A DNA stretch of 64,000 bases from Candidatus Kaiserbacteria bacterium (GCA_003164215.1 PLSR01000003.1:28892-92891); one strand, 5' to 3'. Counted from the first letter of the stretch, positions 1-10,065 are shown. Notes: generated from the letters alone by a model not told the origin. Translations and numbers: made by a program.

Positions 1-63
1 CCCTGATCAGAGCCGGTTCTCCTATCTTTTGATTGAGATCTCCTATAAAGGTCCGTTCCATAT

Positions 64-999
64 TTATATCGTAACACCGAGCTTCGTGCGTACTTCCGCC
101 ATCTTTTTCGATGCGATCGCACGGGCTCGCTCCCCGCCTTCTCTCAAAATATTTCTCACGTCCTCATCCGTGATCGCTTCTCGTACTTCACGCATTGGAG
201 CAGCGAAGGCCTCGATATCCTCGATCAGGGATTCCTTGAGCGCCTTATATTTACCTTTGTTCTCTGTGTAGATAATGCTGAGATCGTCTTTTGATCGAAA
301 AAGCGAATGAATGGCGTAGACATTCTCAGGACTCTCTGCCTTGGAATCAGTCACGATCGACATCACCGCCTTCGCGATCTCATCTTTGGTGCCGAAAAGA
401 GGAATGGTGTTGCCGTAACTTTTGCTCATTTTGCGTCCGTCGGTGCCGGGTACGACTGCAACAGTCTCTAGTATGTGTTCTTTGGGCTCCTTGAACGTAT
501 CGCCGAACGTGTTGTTGAACTTCGCCGCCGCCTCGCGCGCGTATTCAACGTGCTGCTGCTGATCTTTACCGACCGGAACGATGTCAGTGTCATATAGAAG
601 AATGTCTGCCGCCATGAGCATCGGGTAATCAAAAAGTCCCATGTTCGCCTCCTTACCATTGGCGACCGCATCCTTGTACGCGTGCGCTTGCATAAGGAAC
701 GAAACAGAGACGAGACTATTGAAGACCCACGTGAGTTCGGTGTGCTCGGGCACGTCGGATTGCTTGAAGATGATGGACTGCGCAGGATCGATGCCGATGG
801 CGACGTATGCCGCAGCGATGTCGATGATGCCTGCGCGAAGCTCGCCTGGGTCGCGTAGCGAGTTGATGGAATGGTAATCGGCAACCATAAACATACAGTC
901 ATATCGAGGAGCCAATTCAACGAATTGACGCATCGCGCCAAAGTAGTTGCCCAGGTGCAAGGTGCCCGTTGGCTTTATTCCGCTAAAAAGCTTCTGCAT
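64..999 (-). CDS. trpS: tryptophan--tRNA ligase
   Basis: SGIKPTG-TLHLGN (HIGH-like), YPMLMAADIL, VPVGKDQQQH, KMSKS motifs. Confidence 0.97.
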   Translation of the reverse strand: MQKLFSGIKPTGTLHLGNYFGAMRQFVELAPRYDCMFMVADYHSINSLRDPGELRAGIIDIAAAYVAIGIDPAQSIIFKQSDVPEHTELTWVFNSLVSVSFLMQAHAYKDAVANGKEANMGLFDYPMLMAADILLYDTDIVPVGKDQQQHVEYAREAAAKFNNTFGDTFKEPKEHILETVAVVPGTDGRKMSKSYGNTIPLFGTKDEIAKAVMSIVTDSKAESPENVYAIHSLFRSKDDLSIIYTENKGKYKALKESLIEDIEAFAAPMREVREAITDEDVRNILREGGERARAIASKKMAEVRTKLGVTI

Positions 1000-1031
1000 A
1001 GAGCTTCATAATACCAGAAAATCTGGCTTTT

Positions 1032-2645
1032 TTAAGCCGCAGGTAATTCGACGACGAATCGCGAACCTTTGCCGGCCCCTTGCGATTCAGCCCATATCTT
1101 CCCGCCGTGCGATTCGACGATGGTCTTTGCAATGAAGAGGCCGTAGCCGGTCGAGTGAACATTGACCTTGATGGAATCCTTGCCGTGGCCGCCTTCAGTA
1201 AAGAGACGCGCCTTGTCTTCGCCCGTGATGCCAACGCCGCTATCTTGCACTGAAAATCTCACGATGGTGCCTACACGCACAACTTCGATCGTGATAGAAC
1301 CAGTCGGAGTATATTTGATCGCGTTATCAACGAGGTTACGCACCACGTGGTCACGGATCTTTTCTTCATCGCCGCTCACCTTGCATGGCACTTCCCATGC
1401 GAGCGACATGTTCATGGTGAGATGTTTCTCATCGACCGCGGGTTTGAGATGATCGACCACGCCCCGTACGACATCCTTGAGATCGAAAACATCTTTCTTA
1501 TACGAGACAGTGCCACGTTTTAGATTCGAAGCATCGAGAATATCCATCACCGTTCGAACGCCACGGCGCACGTCGATCAAAGCTTCGTTCGCCATCGTGG
1601 AAATATCCGATGAGACCGGTCCGAAATCTCCCTGCGCTATCGCCGCAAATCCGGCCTCGCTCTTGGTAAGATAGCCCTTGATCTCATGGCTGATGAAGTG
1701 GAGCAGGCTCACCTGCTGTGCATTCACGTTCTCTAATTCAACTTCTTGTTTTTGAATCACCTCGCGTTGCTCGACCTCATTGAAAACACCTCGAATGAGG
1801 AGAATTCCGACGGCCAAGACTAGCACGAATACGCTTAATCGAAAGATAAGGATCGTTGGATCGGACGACAAGAGGATATCGAACAGGGTCAGAATAGCCA
1901 CGCTCCCGACAAGTAACGCCGTCGCGATGATCTTCACATTGAACAGATGATGTCTCGATATGGCATACGCGGTCAATATGATGAACGGAAAAATGAACAG
2001 AGGGCCATACTGAACGAACGAAGAATTACCAAGCACGGCTGGAGCTATGAAGTTAAACGCGAGGATGAGCGTGAATGTGATGACCGTACCCAAGAGAATA
2101 GTTCTATACGCCGCACGCTCTTCGTTCCGCGCTCGATATGTTTGAATGGCGAATTTGATGAAGCTTGTAATGATGAGCATCCCGACGAATAGACCGAAGA
2201 TCGCAATGGCAGGTCCGTTTGTCACATTTTGAACACGTCCGGTCTCAGAAAAACTCGTGATCTTCTCAAAAACGAACGGCGATAGGGTGAGCAGTGAGAC
2301 AAGCGCGGTCAGCGGAATGAGCACATGACGATACCACGCGGGAAGCGACCTCTTTTCAGCGGGAAAAACGTAATAAAAGTGAAAGAGCGAGAACGCGAAC
2401 CATGTCGCGGAGAACAGCAATGCTCGCAGAAGCCAGAGGACTATCTGCGGCGAAGAAGATTCATAGATCTCAATATTCAGAACGCACCAAATGATGGATG
2501 AGATCGCGATGTAGAGGAATGCTTGATGAGTCACACTTTTGCGATTGCTGATGAAAACGGCGAACCCGATGACAAGCATGAACGCAGCTACTACTGCGAC
2601 AAAAAAAAGATCAATATTCGTAAGATCGAAGTAGGCGTTTGTCAT
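1032..2645 (-). CDS. membrane sensor histidine kinase with N-terminal 7TM-type input domain
   Basis: About 9 hydrophobic helices, then H-box (FISHEIKGYL), N-box (NLVDNAIKY), G1 (DSGVGI), G2 (GYGLFIAK); ATG overlaps upstream TGA (ATGA). Confidence 0.93.
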   Translation of the reverse strand: MTNAYFDLTNIDLFFVAVVAAFMLVIGFAVFISNRKSVTHQAFLYIAISSIIWCVLNIEIYESSSPQIVLWLLRALLFSATWFAFSLFHFYYVFPAEKRSLPAWYRHVLIPLTALVSLLTLSPFVFEKITSFSETGRVQNVTNGPAIAIFGLFVGMLIITSFIKFAIQTYRARNEERAAYRTILLGTVITFTLILAFNFIAPAVLGNSSFVQYGPLFIFPFIILTAYAISRHHLFNVKIIATALLVGSVAILTLFDILLSSDPTILIFRLSVFVLVLAVGILLIRGVFNEVEQREVIQKQEVELENVNAQQVSLLHFISHEIKGYLTKSEAGFAAIAQGDFGPVSSDISTMANEALIDVRRGVRTVMDILDASNLKRGTVSYKKDVFDLKDVVRGVVDHLKPAVDEKHLTMNMSLAWEVPCKVSGDEEKIRDHVVRNLVDNAIKYTPTGSITIEVVRVGTIVRFSVQDSGVGITGEDKARLFTEGGHGKDSIKVNVHSTGYGLFIAKTIVESHGGKIWAESQGAGKGSRFVVELPAA

Positions 2646-3634
2646 CGTTGTTCGTTCAATGCCAAGTAATGACCGTGAGAATAAAACCTGAGCGAAGACC
2701 CTGCGTGTCTACGCTTTATATTCTGTTTTGTAGCGAAGCGCAAATTTGAGAATACCACGGCGTTCAGAAAGACGGGGTGCGACCAGCCGGTCAATGTTTG
2801 CGGCAGCAGGTGGATATCGCTTCGCAACCCGTCATAATTGAGGGAATATCTCCCCAGTACGGACATGATCTCCATAAGTTTGATCACCCCATCGTTGTCG
2901 AGGTGGTGTAAGAAAAGCATTGTCATCACCACAGTAAAATCTCGCGGTTGAAATTCCCGAGAAAGATCGAAAATATCATTTTGACATTGCACGATCAAAA
3001 CGGGGGTCTTGTGTTCTCTCTCAAGCCTAAGCAGGACATCTCTGCTAACGACATTCTCGCGCACGATCGTAACGCGAGGATCATGAGTCTCGTTGAACGT
3101 CTGCGCGACCAGTGTGTGGGCTAATTCAGATGTGTCGATGGTCATGATGGTGACGTTGCGCACCTGATCCCCGGAAAGGAGCGTGGTGACGAATTGTCGC
3201 TCGGCCTCAGCGGCACCGCTACCGAGCGATGCGATTCGAATGCGGCTATCTTTTGAAATTTGCACAAGACGCAGAAGGCATTCTACGACCGGTCGCGCGA
3301 TACCTGGAAAAGGTCGACGTTCGACCTCGGACAATTTGGCATGCATGATGTGGTCAAGGTCAGGCAGTATCTCATTGATCTCAAGAAGGTCATCCGGTTT
3401 GATCGAGTGGGAATGGATAAGCCATTTCACATATGAAGGCACCGTTCGTATCGCCTCAAAAAAACGCAGATTCTGCTCAATCGCGTACGCATTAGTCAGC
3501 GGATGATCGTCACGTTTCAGACCTTTCAATTGAGACAAAATATAAGTGATCTGCGCTGAACGATCCTCGGGCACTGTTCCAGTGCTCGGCGTTCGCTCTG
3601 CGGTGCTCATATTGTCCGTTTCGTTACTGCTCAT
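2642..3634 (-). CDS. class I SAM-dependent methyltransferase-like protein
   Basis: IASLGSGAAE (motif I-like), IMTIDTS, LFLHHLD; start set at ATG 3634, overlapping the nitroreductase stop. Confidence 0.7.
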   Translation of the reverse strand: MSSNETDNMSTAERTPSTGTVPEDRSAQITYILSQLKGLKRDDHPLTNAYAIEQNLRFFEAIRTVPSYVKWLIHSHSIKPDDLLEINEILPDLDHIMHAKLSEVERRPFPGIARPVVECLLRLVQISKDSRIRIASLGSGAAEAERQFVTTLLSGDQVRNVTIMTIDTSELAHTLVAQTFNETHDPRVTIVRENVVSRDVLLRLEREHKTPVLIVQCQNDIFDLSREFQPRDFTVVMTMLFLHHLDNDGVIKLMEIMSVLGRYSLNYDGLRSDIHLLPQTLTGWSHPVFLNAVVFSNLRFATKQNIKRRHAGSSLRFYSHGHYLALNEQR

Positions 3635-4670
3635 AGGTAATGTGTGGAGCTCGTCGCTTTGTTCGCGCACTCGCTGGACGGTGCGGGAGGCCGATGCGCA
3701 AAATCATGACAACGCCTTTAGACCCGACGGCCTGTTCAATTGACTCTTGCGCCGCAAGGATCCTTTTTCGAAGCTGCGACGCGATATCCGGGTCATTTGT
3801 TCGCCTCACGTATTCCGCAAGATAGAGAAGTCCTGCAAGTGGTTGAGCGGCGAGACCTTCGGCAGTCGTGGTAAGCCACGCACGTTCCATGCACCTGCCT
3901 GCGTTTATAAAATCCTCTTGCGTGGTTCCGGTGAGTATGACCGCTATACAGGCTCCAGTTCTCGCGTATAAGGCGGAATTACCCAATGCCGCGCCTCGCG
4001 CGAAGCCGATACGATTGAGTGTCGCCGTCACGGGCCAGAAATTCAACGCCCGAAAAAGAAGTTGCACCGGGGGCGGTAATTCCATCGTCTTAATATACAT
4101 GCCTGCCTCACCATTCTCGTTCTTATTCTCATCCCAAAAAATACTATCGAAAAAAGATCGGTGAAGTTTCTTTGTTCGCAATGCGGCCTCTTCCATGAGC
4201 ACAGACGAATGAGCGATGGTCTCAATTGCGTGGCGATCAGTGACAAGTAGCGCCCGAGCATCGCCCTCATGAATATCGCGAAGATGCTCAAAGAAAGACG
4301 GCTGAATGATCTGATGATATGGATTGCGATTCGTGTGACGCTTTTCGATCGTGTGAAATAAAGGATGCCCCGAACGATCACGCTCGTCAAAATGTACACG
4401 TGCGACGGCGTCGTCCTCTCCGTGAGAAAGATCAATAGCGGTATCGAGCCCGTCTTCCTGTGCGGCGATCGAGATATTTTCCACGAGCGCTCCGATCGCG
4501 ATCATCGTGCCGCGAGCCTCAATATTGAGGATCGGGTTATCGAGCTCGGGAAGCGCGTAAACATAGACCGTGTCACCCTTGACGGCAAAACGCCACGGTT
4601 GCGTATTATCGCCGGAAGGCGCCTTGGTACCGTGATGAAGAATTCGCTCGAGACGACTGCGGTCGATCAT
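3624..4670 (-). CDS. nitroreductase-fold flavoprotein (Acg/OxzB C-terminal-like)
   Basis: APSGDNTQPWRF, IEKRHTNRNPY, AGRCMERAWL, ILRIG motifs; likely start MIDRS at 4670. Confidence 0.88.
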   Translation of the reverse strand: MIDRSRLERILHHGTKAPSGDNTQPWRFAVKGDTVYVYALPELDNPILNIEARGTMIAIGALVENISIAAQEDGLDTAIDLSHGEDDAVARVHFDERDRSGHPLFHTIEKRHTNRNPYHQIIQPSFFEHLRDIHEGDARALLVTDRHAIETIAHSSVLMEEAALRTKKLHRSFFDSIFWDENKNENGEAGMYIKTMELPPPVQLLFRALNFWPVTATLNRIGFARGAALGNSALYARTGACIAVILTGTTQEDFINAGRCMERAWLTTTAEGLAAQPLAGLLYLAEYVRRTNDPDIASQLRKRILAAQESIEQAVGSKGVVMILRIGLPHRPASARTKRRAPHITYEQ

Positions 4671-4680
4671 ACGTATGATC

Positions 4681-5796
4681 TCATGGAAGTCCGATCGCGC
4701 GACGGAATTCGGCACGACGAGCATCTCGCTCAGTTTTTCCATCTGCATACGTCGGGTCGAAGATCGAGTCAAGGCTTATTTCCACCTTCTGCTGAGTCAG
4801 CGGTTGCTTGAGCGCGATCCGCCTCAATGCGTAGGCGATGGCAACACCGGAAAGCGTCGCGGCGTCACCCAGTTGTGGCCAGGAGTAGATCGTCTTCCCC
4901 ACCTGTAACAACGACTCTGTCATGCGTATGGTGACGAGGTCAGGACCCGCGATCTTCGTCGCCAATCGAGGCAATTCCTGCGGCGGGAACGATCTGAATT
5001 CTTCGATCGTGATGTCCCCTATCGCGCCGTTGAAAAGCTGAGCATTGCGATCGAGATCGAACCGATCTGCTTCAAAAATGATGTTGTCGCCATTATCAGT
5101 TGCCATGATGACCGGAATACCGCGCTTACGCGCCTCGAATCGAAGGCGTATTTTCATCTCAAGGTTGTCTGTTTCTTCGACCAGGACGTCGATATCGGAC
5201 AGAAATGCATCCATGTTCGCTTCCGAAACTCCATCAGGAAATGACTCCACATCGGCATACGGATTGAGCTGGTAGAGATATTCGCTCGTTAGATCAGTTT
5301 TCTTCTTACCGACATCAAGAAAATCGAAGCGTATGCGGTTCAGATTAGAGGGCGACACTGTATCCGGGTCCGCGATCTTCACGTGACGGCCGCCACCCAT
5401 GAGCGCAAAGGTCGCGACGCCGTGACTGCCTACTGATAGACCAGCGTATGCGACTCGCAAGCCGTAGAGCGCGGCTTGCTCGTCCTTCTTGATGATCTCT
5501 CTATTGCGCGCGGTGCGTATCTCAAGATGCTCTGATTCTGTGAGATAGTGGGCGCATGTTCGATTCCAAGGAAAGTAGAACCATTCGCCGCATTCCGACA
5601 GCGATTTACCGACAGCGTATTCTCTCGTGAATTGTTCAAGTTCAGAAACGTGATCTTTGATGAATTTGAAACGCGGATTCCGTATGAGGAAAAGATCCTC
5701 AAGGAGCAGTTCGTACTGATCGATGATATTTGCCGGCTTCAATCGCCCGACGAACGATCCATATGTCTCAGTGCTTCGGTCAAGTCGTTCAGGCAT
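4681..5796 (-). CDS. ThiF-family adenylyltransferase (Rv1355c/MoeY, OxzB N-terminal-like)
   Basis: WFYFPW, RTARNREII, AGLSVGSH, IADPDTVSPSNLNR, VEETDN, SWPQLG. Confidence 0.9.
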   Translation of the reverse strand: MPERLDRSTETYGSFVGRLKPANIIDQYELLLEDLFLIRNPRFKFIKDHVSELEQFTREYAVGKSLSECGEWFYFPWNRTCAHYLTESEHLEIRTARNREIIKKDEQAALYGLRVAYAGLSVGSHGVATFALMGGGRHVKIADPDTVSPSNLNRIRFDFLDVGKKKTDLTSEYLYQLNPYADVESFPDGVSEANMDAFLSDIDVLVEETDNLEMKIRLRFEARKRGIPVIMATDNGDNIIFEADRFDLDRNAQLFNGAIGDITIEEFRSFPPQELPRLATKIAGPDLVTIRMTESLLQVGKTIYSWPQLGDAATLSGVAIAYALRRIALKQPLTQQKVEISLDSIFDPTYADGKTERDARRAEFRRAIGLP

Positions 5797-5819
5797 GCTG
5801 AAATGATATCACGCCATTT

Positions 5820-7316
5820 TCAATTTTGTTTGAGTACCCACCGCTGCTTGATATCTCGCCTGAAATACGCCGGGTCTTCATAGGGCCAGTACACAATTTT
5901 GGGGACGGATCGGGCACCGAGAAAGTTGCACAGTTCACGAAACTCTGAATTCTTCTCTTTGAGATTCTTTATGATCTCGGCGAGCAATAACGCTGAGAAC
6001 TCGGGGCTGGCCTCTCTCCCCTGACGTAACTCGACGTTGATCTCAAGATATTGGTCGTGCGAGTCATCAAAACGCGTAGCAAGTGTCAAGCGGCCCGACA
6101 GGAACGGGGCGAATGATTCTCCGAGCAGGACCTCTTTGACGGTCTCCGGATAGACTTGTAATCCGTACAAAGTCGCCGAGAGATCACTACGCTCATACAC
6201 ATAGACGAACGGCAACAATCGAAGATCATCTGGGATCTTTGCGGCCTTCATTTCCTTCAAAAGATCGACACCGTGATCCGCCATGATCCGTTCAATTTCA
6301 GCGAATGTATACACGCCGCCATTGTCGCCGATCGCATACCGCATAAGCGGCATGGCGCTATCCGCCGAGAGTAGCAATTGCCCTTCGTGTTGTTCGAATG
6401 CAGTGTAGGCGGGAATGTTCTGCGCGAGTGTCGGCGTTTTGCTGATATCGCCGAACAAGGTCTTAAAAATTTCAGGTTTTTGTATCGCGATCTGACGAAC
6501 ACGAATAGAGAGCGGTGTCTCGAACGCCATCGTTCCCACGTCCGCGCTCCCGTATACATTCATTGTATCGGTCAGCGGGTTCTTTATGTTCGCCTTTTTC
6601 ACGACGTAATCTCGAAATTGCTCGGTGAATGCTTCTGCCGCGAAAAGAATTGCCACTTTGTGATTCTTTAAGGAAATACCTGCCTCGGCCGCACCGTCGA
6701 GGACATCTTTGATGAACGGCGGATACCCGGTAAGAATGATCTGTTTGTAGCTGGGAGCAAGTTTTCGAAGTATTTTCAGTATTTCGGTGCGGTTGATGCC
6801 CGGAGTAATGATGGATATCGGATGCCCGCGTTTTGACATAAGCTCGAAGGCTTGGTATGTCAACAGGCCGCCGATCCAGATCCCCATGCCGAAGCATATG
6901 ATGACAAGCGTAGATTCCGTTTTCGAGAGCGAAGTCTGAAGAAAAAAGCGCTCATGGATCAGCGCAGATTGTTCGTCGATGGTCGGTGACCGTCCGAAGA
7001 AGAACGGTTCCCCGGTCGAGCCGGATGTTGAAGTAAGCACATGTGGCGTCGCCAGTGAGCCGCCCCAAAAAAGATCTGCATATTTTGCAGGGCGTAGATA
7101 GTTGTCCTTTGAGGTAAGTGGTATGCGCAACAGATCGTGGTCTGTCTTGATATCCGCAGCTCGAGTCCCTGCATTTTTCAGGAATTTCTTATATGCCGGC
7201 ACTTCTGCCGCCATTTTGTGGAACAATCGCACGAGCGTAGAATCGGCCCGTGGAGATTCTGGGCTACGAACCTTCTTCGTACTCTTTTTCAGCCGTGGGC
7301 GAACCGATTGTTGCAT
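5820..7316 (-). CDS. phenylacetate--CoA ligase (PaaK/F390 synthetase)-like adenylate-forming enzyme
   Basis: VPAYKKFL, STSGSTGEP P-loop, GYPPFIKD, VYGSAD, PLMRYAIGD. Confidence 0.88.
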   Translation of the reverse strand: MQQSVRPRLKKSTKKVRSPESPRADSTLVRLFHKMAAEVPAYKKFLKNAGTRAADIKTDHDLLRIPLTSKDNYLRPAKYADLFWGGSLATPHVLTSTSGSTGEPFFFGRSPTIDEQSALIHERFFLQTSLSKTESTLVIICFGMGIWIGGLLTYQAFELMSKRGHPISIITPGINRTEILKILRKLAPSYKQIILTGYPPFIKDVLDGAAEAGISLKNHKVAILFAAEAFTEQFRDYVVKKANIKNPLTDTMNVYGSADVGTMAFETPLSIRVRQIAIQKPEIFKTLFGDISKTPTLAQNIPAYTAFEQHEGQLLLSADSAMPLMRYAIGDNGGVYTFAEIERIMADHGVDLLKEMKAAKIPDDLRLLPFVYVYERSDLSATLYGLQVYPETVKEVLLGESFAPFLSGRLTLATRFDDSHDQYLEINVELRQGREASPEFSALLLAEIIKNLKEKNSEFRELCNFLGARSVPKIVYWPYEDPAYFRRDIKQRWVLKQN

Positions 7317-7340
7317 ATATTGCCCTACACGATGACATAT

Positions 7341-8384
7341 TTACGATCGTTGAACAAGGTCACGCAGGTGCTTCAAAACGATGCCCTGATGCTTGGGAGA
7401 TGGGACCGCCATCCGTATGGTATTACTCAGCAGCGTTCTGGCGGGGTCATACGCGGACATCCATGATCCTTCGGATACGTGAATTTTCCGCTTATGTAGC
7501 AAGCTCGAAAGAGAAACGGCATCCGGAACCCGAAACAAAATGAAATTCGTGGCAGAAGGATAAGCGGTGACGCCGGATATGGTACGGAGCTCGGTCAATA
7601 TATCGTCGCGCATGTCTGCAATAAGTCTGCGGCGTGCCACGAATTCTTTTGCTCGCACAAGTAAAGCCTGTGCGATGACGACGCTGGGATGTGCTACCGG
7701 CCATGGCAGGAGCGCGCGCGTTATGAGAGGGGTAATGTCCGGCGACGACATACAGTAGCCAATTCGTGCTCCCGCAAGCCCGAAGGATTTCGAAAGTGTG
7801 CGAAGAATAACGATCGATTGCGAATCGAGCCGTTCGATCGAGGTTTCTCCACCGAATTCAAAATAGGCTTCATCAACGACGGCAAGTATGCCATACTTTT
7901 GCGCCGCATCGAGCACTTTCTTGAGGTCCTCATGCGGAATAGAAGATCCAAGTGGATTATTTGGTGTACAAAGAAATATACATCCCACGCGACTCGCGGC
8001 GATGGCTTCAAGTACGTCGGCTGTTGGAAAAATAAAAGCTCCATCGACCTCATGGTAATAAAACGGAATGACAGTGGCGCCTTTTTGTTCAGCAATTCGC
8101 TCGTATCCGTAAAATGTGGGTACCGGAAGACCGATGGGCAGACCCGTGTGTTCGCAGTATTCGGTCAAGATAGAGATCGCCGCATCTGAGCCGGCAGTGA
8201 CGTTCACACGTTCCCGATCGACACCCGCATAACGGGCCAATGCGTCCAATAATGCGTCGTATGATGGATAGGTAGACAGTGTCTGCGCTTTCAACAATTC
8301 CGCCAAGCCACCTATGATCGCGTCATCCAGCAACCAATAACTTTCGTTATGTGCCAAAGGAATTATACCCGTACTGCCGTTCAT
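7341..8384 (-). CDS. HisC-like PLP-dependent class I/II aminotransferase
   Basis: TAGSDAAI, CTPNNPLG, VVDEAYFEF, RTLSKSFGLAGARIGY (PLP lysine). Confidence 0.9.
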   Translation of the reverse strand: MNGSTGIIPLAHNESYWLLDDAIIGGLAELLKAQTLSTYPSYDALLDALARYAGVDRERVNVTAGSDAAISILTEYCEHTGLPIGLPVPTFYGYERIAEQKGATVIPFYYHEVDGAFIFPTADVLEAIAASRVGCIFLCTPNNPLGSSIPHEDLKKVLDAAQKYGILAVVDEAYFEFGGETSIERLDSQSIVILRTLSKSFGLAGARIGYCMSSPDITPLITRALLPWPVAHPSVVIAQALLVRAKEFVARRRLIADMRDDILTELRTISGVTAYPSATNFILFRVPDAVSLSSLLHKRKIHVSEGSWMSAYDPARTLLSNTIRMAVPSPKHQGIVLKHLRDLVQRS

Positions 8385-8400
8385 AGTCTTTGAACTCTCA

Positions 8401-8898
8401 TCAGCTTCGAACGAACGCGAGGATGATAAACACCCCTAGGAACCACAGAAGTGCATAGGGTAAGCCGAAAATCGCATGGATCTGATTGCCAGGATTCCAT
8501 AGTGCGACGAGAGCCGGTATCTGCAACCACATGACTATGAGCGCGATAGTTCCACTTATACCGGCGAGGAAGGAATTCATCAGTCCGCCCGATGACCCCC
8601 CGAACGTTGCCGTCATGCGGTTCGTGAGAAGAAATACTGCGATAAAGATCACGACCAAAATACCTGCCATGACATATGTCGATGCCAAAAATGGAGCGAT
8701 CACACTTTCCAATAGGAATGTATGCGGAATGAGACTAAAAAGAAATAGTGATACGGGTGACGTGATTGCGATTATAGAAGCATGTGCCGCACCCGAGCGC
8801 ATCGCATCTATGGTGAGCAGAAGGACAAGTAGAACGAAGACGATCCAGCCGAACGGGATGTGAGTGAGCCAGGTGGGAAAAAGAGCAGAAAGATTCAT
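8401..8898 (-). CDS. hypothetical integral membrane protein
   Basis: 165 aa, about 5 hydrophobic segments, fills the gap between dnaJ and the aminotransferase. Confidence 0.7.
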   Translation of the reverse strand: MNLSALFPTWLTHIPFGWIVFVLLVLLLTIDAMRSGAAHASIIAITSPVSLFLFSLIPHTFLLESVIAPFLASTYVMAGILVVIFIAVFLLTNRMTATFGGSSGGLMNSFLAGISGTIALIVMWLQIPALVALWNPGNQIHAIFGLPYALLWFLGVFIILAFVRS

Positions 8899-8901
8899 AG
8901 A

Positions 8902-9999
8902 TCAAAGTCCTTCTGCACGCAACTTATCAATAAGGTCTCGCGCAGAGCGGGAAAGTTTCTTCGGAAATTCGATGTCGACGCGAATGATGAGATCGCCACG
9001 GCCGCCGCGAGCGGTTGGGACACCTTTTCCGCGGATCCTGATAGTCTCGCCATGCACAATACCGGCAGGTACCGTGACGACTTCTTCACCATCAAGCGTC
9101 GAGATGCGATACTCGCCGCCGAGAAGTGCATCGGTGAGCTTGATCGGAAGTGCCGTGAGCAAATTATTGCCGTCACGCGAGAATGATGCGTCGGTCTTCA
9201 CGTGCAATTTTACATAAAGATCCCCCGCGCTGCCGCCCTTGGCCGCTTCACCGCGACCCGGCATACGGATCATCTCACCATCTTGGACTCCTCCGGGGAC
9301 AGTAACGTGGATCTCCTCCTGACGCTTCGTCACGCCCGCTCCACGGCAGGTCTCGCATGGTGTCTCCGGGATCTCACCGCGGCCGCTGCAGGTCGGGCAC
9401 AAGCGTGCTGACGTGAAGTTCCCGAAGAAGGTGTTGCGGGTCTCACGAATATCACCCTTGCCGTTGCAGGTCTTGCAGGTGATCATTTTCGAACCCTTCT
9501 TGGCTCCAGTACCGCTGCACACGTCGCAGACCGCCATCTTCGAGATGAGCACCCGGCGATCTGTGCCGAAAATACTCTCTTTAAATGAAAGCTCGATATC
9601 GATGGAAATGTCGCGCCCTCGCTGTTGACCGCGCCCACCGCCACCATTGCCCCCGAAAATATCACCGAAAATATCACCGAGGTCGAATTCGACATTCTGC
9701 CCATTGAAACCCTGGAATCCTTGCTGGAAATTTGAGAAATCGAACCCACCGAATCCTGCGCCGGATGCCGCACCGTTGCCTCCCGCAAATGTCTTGCCGT
9801 ACGTATCGTATTCCGCCCGCTTCTTTTTATCTGAAAGCACGGAATACGCCTCGCTCAGCTCTTTGAATTTGGCCTCATCGCCGCCCTTTTTGTCGGGATG
9901 ATGTTTCTGCGCGAGTTTGCGGAAAGCTTTTTTTATATCGTCTTCAGTCGCGGATTTCGAAAGCCCAAGAATATCGTAGTAATTCTTCATAGAGGTCAT
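8902..9999 (-). CDS. dnaJ: chaperone DnaJ
   Basis: J domain with HPD, G/F region, four CxxCxGxG repeats. Confidence 0.97.
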   Translation of the reverse strand: MTSMKNYYDILGLSKSATEDDIKKAFRKLAQKHHPDKKGGDEAKFKELSEAYSVLSDKKKRAEYDTYGKTFAGGNGAASGAGFGGFDFSNFQQGFQGFNGQNVEFDLGDIFGDIFGGNGGGGRGQQRGRDISIDIELSFKESIFGTDRRVLISKMAVCDVCSGTGAKKGSKMITCKTCNGKGDIRETRNTFFGNFTSARLCPTCSGRGEIPETPCETCRGAGVTKRQEEIHVTVPGGVQDGEMIRMPGRGEAAKGGSAGDLYVKLHVKTDASFSRDGNNLLTALPIKLTDALLGGEYRISTLDGEEVVTVPAGIVHGETIRIRGKGVPTARGGRGDLIIRVDIEFPKKLSRSARDLIDKLRAEGL

Positions 10000-10065
10000 T
10001 ATATTCTCGCATCGCTAAACGCACAACGTGACGCAGTACGTTGAATTTCACACAATGAGCGTTGA

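Noticed and set aside
4670-4772. Apparent 92-bp overlap or frameshifted fusion of ThiF and nitroreductase
   Set aside because: An ATG at 4670 gives a clean 10-bp gap after the ThiF stop, so no frameshift is needed.
7341-8384. Calling the aminotransferase hisC of histidine biosynthesis
   Set aside because: There are no other his genes in the window and it sits in an unrelated operon, so no gene symbol was assigned.
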